From Stramenopiles sp. TOSAG23-2 (lineage: Eukaryota): a stretch of 60,466 bases of DNA. The translations under genes and the position numbers were made by a program. The stretch is taken from positions 1 to 60,466 of the forward strand of contig LT649250.1 of NCBI GenBank assembly GCA_900128395.1, given 5' to 3'. The notes beneath the pieces are model-generated. The model saw only the letters and a list, made by a program, of their open reading frames with translations. It was not told the origin of the DNA and did not search any database. Of the stretch, positions 11,323 through 21,700 are shown in pieces (positions within the stretch are counted from its first letter, which is position 1; each line of letters opens with the position of its first letter).

Positions 11323-11901
11323 GGGAGAATTGTTAATATTATGGCAATTTTACCTTAATATTATTGAACAAAATTTTTAGTGTTTACAATTAGATCCATA
11401 TATAACATATTAGTATATATATTTGTGTACTAAATTGAAAGTACGGACTTTCACCCCATTGTGTCTATGCTAGGACTTTTTTTTGCGCACCTGCTCGTTG
11501 ATAAATCAACTCCCGACGGTGGCAAAAAATAAGCTAGCATGACACATGGGGATGAAATCCTAGCCAATTTTTTATAAGTTGGATCTAGTATTGGTAATGC
11601 GGCGCCATGTTAAATATAACCAATACTGGATCCAACTTATAAAAAATTGGCTAGGATTTCATCCCCATGTGTCATGCTAGCTTATTTTTTGCCACCGTCG
11701 GGAGTTGATTTATCAACGAGCAGGTGCGCAAAAAAAAGTCCTAGCATAGACACAATGGGGTGAAAGTCCGTACTTTATTAGATCTGAAAAAATAATTGAT
11801 AGCATAAAACCATAAATAACACAAAAATGTTAGACGAAATCCCTTAAAAATACACCACCTTCAGGGTGTCAAAAATTTGCCATAACATTAACAATTCTCC
11901 C
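11323..11901. mobile_element. Non-autonomous TIR element (25-bp TIRs, ATA flanks) carrying a nested foldback insertion
   Basis: GGGAGAATTGTTAATATTATGGCAA (11323-11347) and TTGCCATAACATTAACAATTCTCCC (11877-11901) are inverted with 1 mismatch. ATA lies directly outside both ends. No coding capacity. Confidence 0.6.
11438..11776. mobile_element. Foldback/MITE-like palindrome with 158-bp arms and a 23-bp spacer
   Basis: 11438-11595 is the reverse complement of 11619-11776 with one mismatch near the centre. Ends read aaagTA-CGGAC...GTCCG-TActtt, consistent with a TA (or GTAC) target duplication. Confidence 0.8.
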
Positions 11902-12131
11902 ATAATAATGGCATATTTTAGGCTGATAGGGATATTTCCCCTTTTCTATTACTTATTAATATACAAATCAAATCAAGTTGTACTAATTTGACTTCAATAT
12001 TTTATTTATTTTTTGAATGAATAAAAATTTAACTAAGAATGTACACATGTGGAAAAGTATAGATATATATATATTGAACTAGAAACAAAGAGAACAAGAA
12101 ACATATATATTTATATATATACATATTAAAC

Positions 12132-12491
12132 ATGGCGTCATTAACTAATGAGCCACCGGCGAAAAGGTTAAAACAATCAACGATTGAAGCGTTAGAAGAA
12201 GAACGTGCGGAACCTATTGAAATTGGTATATTAGTTTTACCAGCTGGTTTTGAGTCTGCCTGCGGGATCATGACAAAAATACTTCTATATTTAGATATTA
12301 GATCATTATGTAATGTGAAACGATCATCTTTGATACAACAATGTAGAAAAAGATTTGGATGTGATGATTTTGAGCGTGTACGTGATGAAGCATTGAGTAT
12401 TGATTATGAAGGTAGAAGAAGTATAAATGAGATGATACTTTCACATCCAGCGAGAAGACTTTATTATTTAATTGAAATCTTGTTTTCTTAA
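12132..12491 (+). CDS. Small hypothetical protein with F-box-like segment (may be partial)
   Basis: NLS-like PPAKRLK. LP...IMTKILLYLDIRSLCNV resembles an F-box motif. Confidence 0.45.
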   Translation: MASLTNEPPAKRLKQSTIEALEEERAEPIEIGILVLPAGFESACGIMTKILLYLDIRSLCNVKRSSLIQQCRKRFGCDDFERVRDEALSIDYEGRRSINEMILSHPARRLYYLIEILFS

Positions 12492-12733
12492 TTTTAGTAA
12501 AAATTCAATTTTATATATAAATATATATTTAAATGATGATATATTCTAATTTAATATTTATAATATATTTTATACAGGGTAATATATTACGAACCCAGAG
12601 TATGAATATTCATATTTTCACACAAAAATATCAAAGAAGGAAAAAAATACACATATTTTTTTAATTTTCATTATGTATGCATATACTGCTTTTTAAAATA
12701 TCATTACACGAATTATGATATTTTAAAAATTTT

Positions 12734-12947
12734 TATTCTCGTAAAATAACATTGTGTTGTCTTTTACTCTCTACCCCTGTATGCCCATAGATGGCTTACC
12801 TGTGAACTCACATCTGGATTTGCAATACGTTCTGAAGCTTTATTCTCGTAAAATAACATTGTGTTGTCTTTTACTCTCTACCCCTGTATGCCCATAGATG
12901 GCTTACCTGTGAACTCACATCTGGATTTGCAATACGTTCTGAAGCTT
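12734..12947. repeat. 107-bp tandem duplication of the FkbM gene 3' end and 3' flank
   Basis: 12734-12840 equals 12841-12947. Confidence 0.9.
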
Positions 12948-13872
12948 GACTTGATACAATATAACCTAAAGCAATCAATTTTTTTGTTATTCGCTTGACA
13001 GCTGCAAAATTTTCTACTTCCAAGGTAATTTGTCTGATTTTCTTCCAATCACTTTTTTCAATGCCATTTAAAGCTAATTCTTCACATCCTTCAATATCAA
13101 TTTTTAACAAATCAATTACCTGCACATTATATTTTTTAATAATTGTAGATATAGTGGTCAAATTACATTCTACTTTCTCACTCTGATTTAATAATGATAA
13201 AAATAATTTAGCAAGGCATGATACAATAAAATTCGGCACTAAGGAGAAAAAACATTTACATCGACCTGTTTTTTTATACGATTGTGTCATAGCACTTAAG
13301 TCATCAAATAATCTATCTTTTCTTCTTTCATTGAAATCTGGCAATGCTGTACTCCATAACGAAAAATTATGATGAAAATCAAATGTGGTTTTGCTAATTT
13401 TATCAGAAATTCCTAATTGCAAGCAGTTTGCATTTCCACCATTATCATTGACATGTTTGTCTATATTTGCTTTACATATCTCATGAATTCGTGGTATTGG
13501 CTCGAAAGAAAATAAATTAATATTATTATTAGTAATTGAACCACAATACATGCTGAACATCCCAATGTTTGAACCTATATCAAATACGGTATCATTCTCT
13601 TTTAATTCCAAACCATGGCTAACATATGTGTTATCTTTCCATATTTCATCATATAAAAATTTAGTTTCTCCTTCTTGAAAACTAAATACTTCTTTATCAT
13701 TAGGCAAAATTAAAGTCTTTAGCTTTGCTACTTTTTTTGTTGTCGATGACGTCAGTTTTTTTATTATTATTAGAAATAAAAATGTAACTACAATTGTATA
13801 ATATTTGACGCTACTATCATCACTCTCAAAGATAGCAAGTAATTGCTGTGAAATGTCATTTAATAATGTCAT
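12871..13872 (-). CDS. FkbM-family SAM-dependent methyltransferase with N-terminal TM helix
   Basis: VFDIGSNIGMFS, FSFEPIP and IDLLKIDIEGCE..L.G motifs. Confidence 0.9.
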   Translation of the reverse strand: MTLLNDISQQLLAIFESDDSSVKYYTIVVTFLFLIIIKKLTSSTTKKVAKLKTLILPNDKEVFSFQEGETKFLYDEIWKDNTYVSHGLELKENDTVFDIGSNIGMFSMYCGSITNNNINLFSFEPIPRIHEICKANIDKHVNDNGGNANCLQLGISDKISKTTFDFHHNFSLWSTALPDFNERRKDRLFDDLSAMTQSYKKTGRCKCFFSLVPNFIVSCLAKLFLSLLNQSEKVECNLTTISTIIKKYNVQVIDLLKIDIEGCEELALNGIEKSDWKKIRQITLEVENFAAVKRITKKLIALGYIVSSQASERIANPDVSSQVSHLWAYRGRE

Positions 13873-14215
13873 TTGTTTTTCAATTCGTTGGCGTGGTAAT
13901 AATGGTAATGTGTATGCTATTTTATTGATTGAATTTTGTTGTTGTTGTTATCTACCAACCACGGCATCACTTGTATTTGAATTTTATTTGTATTTTAATT
14001 TTGCTTGTGTGTGTTTTTGTGGTGGGCATCACGTGGGTTTTTTATATTATCTCCTCCTCTGGCAGCAAAAGGAAGCTGATGAGTTGAAAAGTTTTTAAGG
14101 ATTGATTTATCAAAAGTTGTTAAATTTGGTTCTTCCTATATAAACTAGTTATACTTAAAAATGTTGATTCCAATATCAATATGCCACGATAATATTTTCA
14201 ATTTGCTATCCATGG

Positions 14216-14664
14216 ACAGTTCTTGACCGCACCTTCCCAGCATCTGCTAGAGGCTGGAAAAGTGGAATCGTATTTTAGGTATTATTTGTCTACTAATTAG
14301 TACATTAACACGTATAAAATTATACTATCAAAAAGCATCTGTCCGGACAGATGCCGGACAGATGCCGGACAGATGCTCTTTTTTTCAATACTGTGTAGTG
14401 TTAAAACCATGATCACATATTTAACTACACTTTTATATAGTTAAATTAGAATACTAATTTAACATAATGGTTTTAACACTACACAGTATTGAAAAAAGAG
14501 CATCTGTCCGGCATCTGTCCGGCATCTGTCCGGACAGATGCTTTTTGATAGTATAATTTTATACGTGTTAATGTACTAATTAGTAGACAAATAATACCTA
14601 AAATACGATTCCACTTTTCCAGCCTCTGCTAGCAAGAAGCTGGGAAGGTGCGGTCAAGAACTGT
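14216..14664. mobile_element. Foldback/MITE-like element with ~195-bp inverted arms and a 56-bp spacer
   Basis: 14216-14410 is inverted to 14467-14664 with a few indels. Ends are CAGTTCTTGACC...GGTCAAGAACTG followed by TA on the right (GA on the left). Each arm holds 11-bp CCGGACAGATG tandem units. Confidence 0.8.
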
Positions 14665-14766
14665 ACTTTTAATTTGTTAGTACAACCTTATATATTATTA
14701 TTTTTCTCTGGACATGGCATGAAAAGTGTCGTGTTTGATACGGGGAAACATATATATATATATACA

Positions 14767-14994
14767 TATTCACCATTTATATAGTGTATGTATGTACAGA
14801 AACTTATATAAAATACAGGAGACAAGAATAATATGACTTATTATGGAACAGCTGCAATTCTTGCCACCGCTGGAGCAGCATATTCACCATTTATATAGTG
14901 TATGTATGTACAGAAACTTATATAAAATACAGGCGACAAGAATAATATGACTTATTATGGAACAGCTGCAATTCTTGCCACCGCTGGAGCAGCA
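14767..14994 (+). repeat. 114-bp tandem duplication spanning the 5' flank and first 16 codons of the b5 gene
   Basis: 14767-14880 vs 14881-14994, one substitution (caggAg vs caggCg). Confidence 0.9.
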
Positions 14995-15627
14995 GCTACA
15001 CATGTAATGTATGAGATACGAAAATATGGATTGGAGAATGCATGGTCAAAATCTATCGCACGTAAAGGAAGTTTTACAAATCCAGTTGCGAAACTATATT
15101 CGTCGCTAGTTCATTTTTATAGCATTAGGGGTGAGGCAAAGGCAAGAGAACATGGTGATTTAAGTGATGAAGAGAAACGACAGCAAATGTCAGACTGGCA
15201 TAGTTTTTTTTATGAGATGACTGGGGAAGTGAATTCACCAGAATTAAAACAGTTAGTCTATCATAAACGTTTTATGAATAATGATTTGTTGAATAAAATG
15301 TTTGAAGAAAGGGAAAAAAAAGAACCAGGTTCAGAGGAGGCTCTTATAATATCGATGGATGAATTACAAAGACACAATACCCCCGATGATTTATGGATAG
15401 CAATTGAAGGAAATGTATATGATTTGACTGAATTTGCTGCTCTGCATCCAGGTGGTCCTACAATTATAAAAAGATTTGCGGGAAGAGATTGTACTGATGC
15501 TTTTTTAAAAATCAAACATTCACCGTCTGCTGTTACCCTTTCTAATAAATTAATCATTGGCAAATTATCCACTACTAGAGCTACCATCGAACAAAGCAGC
15601 AACGTGAGGTTGAATGCTAGATTATAA
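14947..15627 (+). CDS. Cytochrome b5-like heme-binding domain protein
   Basis: ISMDELQRHNTPDDLWIAIEGNVYDLTEF..LHPGG..IIKRFAGRDCTDAF..KHSPSA, with both heme His ligands present. Confidence 0.9.
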   Translation: MTYYGTAAILATAGAAATHVMYEIRKYGLENAWSKSIARKGSFTNPVAKLYSSLVHFYSIRGEAKAREHGDLSDEEKRQQMSDWHSFFYEMTGEVNSPELKQLVYHKRFMNNDLLNKMFEEREKKEPGSEEALIISMDELQRHNTPDDLWIAIEGNVYDLTEFAALHPGGPTIIKRFAGRDCTDAFLKIKHSPSAVTLSNKLIIGKLSTTRATIEQSSNVRLNARL

Positions 15628-15768
15628 AATATATAACATGTTTGTACATAAAAAAAAATGATTTCATTTTTTTAAGACTCTTTATAATTATTTTTATACG
15701 AATACGGTGTAATATATGATGTATGATACTTCTCTCAATTAAATCTCATTCGTACGATATCAAAATTT

Positions 15769-18700
15769 TTATAAATCTTTATATTCATCCCTGTTACTAA
15801 GATCATAATCACCATCCATCATAGGGGAGTTTTCAATAGCAGTAACTATTTGTTGAAAACAGATTTTTTTTGAAGTGTAAGCGGGCAACTTCAATTCAAA
15901 AAAACAGGTTTGTGCTGTTGGTAATCTTTCATTTGGATTTGGATTTGAGCATTTTTTAATCGTAAATGGCATGGTAAAATCACTTTGAGATCGCGGTAAG
16001 CGTTCACAGGCACTTACAAAACTTAGAAACAAAGATAGTTGTTTCGAATTCATTTCGTTTAATGATTCCCAGAAATATTGAATAATTTCATTTTCTTCCT
16101 CATATCCATCAGCATATTCAGTCATTGACTTTAATAAATCCAAATCAATATCGGATGAGCCACATATCAAATTTTCCAACTCTCTAGGTTGAAACAAACA
16201 AAATAATTCTGTGGGTAGAACGGAGCTAATACCGTTGTAGAAGTGCTCCAATTGAATATTACCACGTTGTAACCTTGAATTTTCGATTTGTAGTAGTGAT
16301 TCATATAAATTTTGTTTCGTAATACGTTTTGAATTCAAATATATTTCAAATTGCTCATTCAAATCATCTAATAAATCTTCATTAATGTGATCTAAATTTA
16401 TTTTTCTATATTGTTTCAGAGTACTACATAAGACAGGATCAAGACTTTTCAAATCCTCTCCATATTCAACATGGCTTCCAGTTAGAGGTTTCCATATCAA
16501 CGAAGATAAGTTTAACGGGATTATGATTCCATGCCTTACTGCTGTGCCAATTAGCTGCCCTAAAAACTTAATTCTTTTCAGAAAGGTATCGTCCATACAC
16601 TCCGGTGATGCATTAAATTCTTGAATATTTGATTGTCCCATTTTAGTACTATTTAATATTCCTAGACACTCTAATTCACTAGCACATGCACTTTGAAACA
16701 AAGCACGGTACGGGCCACCATTATCAGCAACCCCTTCTCCAGCAAATTTTACGTAAAATGCACGACTTTGACCTTTATCTTGAACATCAATAAATGATCT
16801 ACGGTAATGCTTATCCTTCCATCCACTCATCACATTATATACTTGTCCAAAAGTTGACAAATGAAAACGCTGTGATTTGTCTCCTATCTTTTTTAAAGTA
16901 TCAAGCGTTGCCTTTATACGATTGATAGATATTTCTACTAATTCTTCCGGTTTGTCGTATTCATCCATAGGTGGCTGTGTCGGCTCTGTAGTTGCATCTA
17001 AAAGTTCCTCCCAAATATTCATTTTTGTATTTTGAAAAATAATGTTCTTAATGTCATATATCTTTCGTCCAAATGATGAAGAAAAAATGATTTTTTCTTG
17101 TTGCAAAGACGTTAATTTTTCCCGTTCAATAGAAAAATCAATCAATGGGAGCAACGTGCCAATCTTTATATTTAAATTTAACAATACAAAAAAACGTGCC
17201 ATGCATGCTTCTGTTGGGATTTCTTTTTTCGCAAAAATATCATTACTATCATGCGAAGGTGACATTATATCTTTTATCTTTAAATGTGCTGGATCCAGAT
17301 TTAAACGACTTGTTGCTTGATTTATATTTTCAACTATACTCTCATCAACATCAATAGTCCACCATTTTTCATTTTGTACTAAGTTCACAAAGTTCTCAAA
17401 ATCAATTTCACGTAATGCAATCAATTCAGCTTCAGAATTGAACGCAGTTCCATTTTTATCGTCGCTTACCCCATTCCCATCCTTTGATTCTGTATCGTTG
17501 CCAAGACTTCCATCGTTAATTGATTTTAAATCTTCGTTATATTGATCAATTGCCATCCTAGCACCATCTTGACCAACAGAAAAGATCCATGTCAATGCTT
17601 CATCCACCGTTCCTTGCATCAGCATTATCACTTTGTAATCATCAGGACTAAAGTCTACTTGGCCTTGTAACATCATGGATAGAGATTGAATACCTTCTAA
17701 AACACTTGGATCTTCCTGTGGGATTTCTTCGCCTTCTTGAAGTAATCGTATTTCCCCATTGTTCACTTTAATAGCAACATCTTCTTTTGTCCAATACCAA
17801 GTTTGCTCATCTTCTCCATCTTGCGTTGTATACCATATATGCCCTCTTTGACTCCCTAATATCTTCACCTCGCCACGGATTTTACTTACTAGTCGATCCC
17901 CGGCTTTCCAATTTTGCCCAGATGATTTCTTACATGCTGCTGGAGACGGATCAACAGTGATAAATATCCCAGGGCGTGTTAAATACCGACGTTGATTTAA
18001 ACGATAACTTTTCATTAAGCGGTAGGACTCCTGCAAAAATTTCATTGGCAAATTCACACCCATTTTTTTCCAATTTTGTATCATCATAGCTGCATAAATC
18101 GCGTCATCTAATCGCTGTCTAGTACTACCAGATGGTCTTGAGATCCACTTTGAATATTTTAGTGAAACTCTGTCATTATTACCATCTTTAGCTGACAATG
18201 AAAAAGACGGGTATAGAATTTGGCTATCCATTCGGCTTCGATCTCCATCAACGCCGCCAGTGCGAATGAACCTATGTGCGACACCAAAATTAACAGCTTT
18301 TTTCTGTGTTGAAAATTGGTCTAAACCATCTTTAATGAAGGCAATAAGACCACGATCCATATCAAGTATAACACCAATTACATCACCTGTATTGTAAAAT
18401 CTACCATACATTTCTTGTCCATGTTGACGATCAACTTTGCATCTGTAGCTTATAAATGCGTAATCACCCCAACCTTCATTTTCCTCTTCATAATATTCGG
18501 GGTTGTTACTGCCTCCATTGCTATGCATATTGCGCCGATGCGAAACGCCAATCGCCATCGTTCCCCATTCAACACTTTCGCATTTGACTTCCCAATAATG
18601 AAGCCCACTCGAAAAACCTCTGTTTCCGAGCACAAATCCTTTGCTTCCACCTGCGTATTTTGCAGTCTGTAGATCATCTGATAAATCAACACCACCTTGT

Positions 18701-21700
18701 ACGGAGGAAGGATCAAATACAAATAATTTATCAAACGAAAAATTATACGAACCATTTATTTCTATATCGACAGCATCCTCTGATTCAAAACTAGACTCTA
18801 CGACATCGTTATCTATAAAATTTAATGCCTCCGGGACTTTTTCTGTTGAGAGCCTTTTCAAAGAAACGGGTGGTTTTGCGTTCGATCGAACATATTTCCC
18901 ATGTGAATACAACAGAAATTCTTTTTCAAATATTTTGTAATTTAGGGAACTAAGTACGGTGGCATACATGTTCTTGTTTAGTATTTCGTTGCCATTCTCT
19001 AAATTTGAATGCTCAAACACGCCATTCATTTTACCATTGATCCAGTTACCTTTCCAAGATTCCGTTTTACCTCCTGGTAAATATAAAATACCAAATCCAT
19101 GAGGTACCCCCCGACTCCAATAACCCTGATATCGTTGGCAAAATTTAACATGGTTTGAAATGTTGCCTATGGCAATTGGTATTTCAGCCTTTGAGGAAAT
19201 GGTTTTGCATCTTGATAATACATTGCTACCTCTATACTGACAATTGTAAAAACCACTTTTAAATCCCAAGATACGTAGGCTCGCTGTACCATAAATACTT
19301 AGACATGGTCTCACTGTATCCCATTTAAATGGGGAATCTTTTATATCTAAATTCATATACCCAACAACTTCACTATTTTTGAACAAATACAGTGATTTAA
19401 TATCATCAGAAATTAAGAAGCCTAAAATATCTCCATTTGTACAATACAATGCATGACGCGAATCTCCAACAGTATAAACTTTTCCATTTTTGGAAATAGT
19501 ACCAGTTCGAAGATTCCATGCAATACATTGTTTTTGTTTTTCTATTGACTCTTTTAGATTCGCTGCAATAGGTGCAAAGCCCACCACAAGGTCAGCGGAA
19601 CGACCTCTAGATATGTGCATAAATTCCCATAATCTGCCTTTCATTGTATGCACAGTGTGTTTCTTGTTATTATCCGGGTCTTTGCCAACATCAATAAAGA
19701 TAGAAGAGAACTTTTTATGTTTTACAGTCGAATTAATTTTTTTTCCATCATTGGAAATTACTACGTTTGCAGCATGGTTTGCGCTTGGAAATACACAGCG
19801 TGATTCATACGGTAAGAGTGGTCCCAAGTTTTTTAGCTTCACTTTGTTTGACCATTTACCTTTTAAAATATTACCTTCAATTGTCCCATTGTATTTACTG
19901 CCAAGGTTCCATTGATATGATTCCGGCGAGCCCAAAATTTGTTCAATTATTTCAAAACTAACTTTGCAACCTTCAGTGAAAGTACATGTATCTAATTCCA
20001 TAAATGGACTTTCATCATTCTTATCCTCACCATCATCAATATCATCGCTTTCATCATTTCGTGTAATAATGACACTATTTAGAAGTGTGCCTTCATAACG
20101 AAATTGGACCCCATTGTCCGGAAAATAAACTGTTCCTGATATTTGGTAGACGTAACCACTTTTCTTTTTGGTAAAATGCTTTCCAACGGCAAGCTTAAAT
20201 ACTGCCGATTTGACATCATCACTTTGCCAAAAGCCATTTACACGTTTTAAACCGTACCTTTTCCAAGACCCAACACATGTCAATATTTCATCATGGGATT
20301 GTGAAGTCCTCTCAACAATTGCAGTTTTTTTCCAAAGACTAGTTGTGTCCTCTGCCCACTCCGCATTATAAACAAAAGTTGCGGTAAGATGTTTTGACAA
20401 ATCTTCAATGTAACAGCCAGAACCGACATCAAAGCGCCAAAAGCCTAATAATGACTCTTGAGTAGCTAGCGGTAATTCATTTAACTTCCATACCATATCT
20501 CTTTTAATTTCTTTTGGACTACGTGCCACGCGCCAGTATCGTACTTCGCCCAGCAATCCACAAAAGCCGTTTTCTTTACTCCCAATATATGTCAGAGGTA
20601 ATTTTATGTTCTCTTGTGTAGTTATATAATGTTTGCCAATTTTTTCCCCATCCACATATAATTCTAAAATTGTCTTTAATCCACCACCTTTACGTGCGAC
20701 GAGTGCTAAATGCGTCCATTTCCCCCTGTTTACTTCATATTCAAAGGACAAAGGCTCAAAACCAACAATTTCAAAACATACATGCTTCCCAGTTTTAGCC
20801 TTTGAGGAAGATTTGCTTTTGTCAGCAGATTTTTTTTCTTGCCCTTTTTTCCTTCTTTTTCTTTTTTTTGGAGCTTTCCCGCCACCTGAGTTTTGTGAAG
20901 ACTCCCCATAATCAACAAACTTCGCATCGTTCATCGTTAATCCAGAACAGCGAATATGAAACCTAAATTTTGAAGAAAACGAAATGGTTTCAAGGCTGTC
21001 TTCATTCTTTTCGCCATCATCCATGGTTCCTCTTTTAATCCAAAATTCAGCTGTCCATGGAACCGACTTATCAGGCATGGTATGGGTTGATAGTGATACA
21101 GAAATGTAAGAACGGCTTGATAAAGACAATACAAAATTCCCATTTTCTATGCCTTGAAAATCATCGTTAAGCGTCACATCATTGCTACCTTGGCTTTTTG
21201 ATTTAATTAATTGCAATAGTCCAGTAAATTCAACCAGGCTCTTACTGTAGGTAGAGTATAAAGGGTGGTCTTCAAGTTCTCTGTAAATTCGCCGTGCCGC
21301 CATCGAAAACAATCTTAAAGTTGGAACAGCTTCAAGATATTTACTCAAATCTTGTTGCGTCTTTAAATGTTCATTTAGCTTTAAAACTTTTTGCAAAATG
21401 GAACTTAAAATTTTAAACGCCTGCTGTTTCATGGAGGTACTTGGTGATTTTAAAGTTCTTGTCCAAATTGAAAATAGATGTAAATAGCTTTCATTCCTAA
21501 GTTTCAAGATTTTAATGCTATCGTCATTCTTAGGGATTACACCCTCATCCGTGCCAAGTAGAACTCCTGTAATCCACTCTGCAAAATATATATTTGGTGT
21601 TTCCATAGTCTTTATATCAGTCATGCGAACGTACGATTCTTCAGTGTGCCGATTAGAAGCAAATTTTCTTTGGGCAGCATTTGCTAAAATCGATCCCAGC

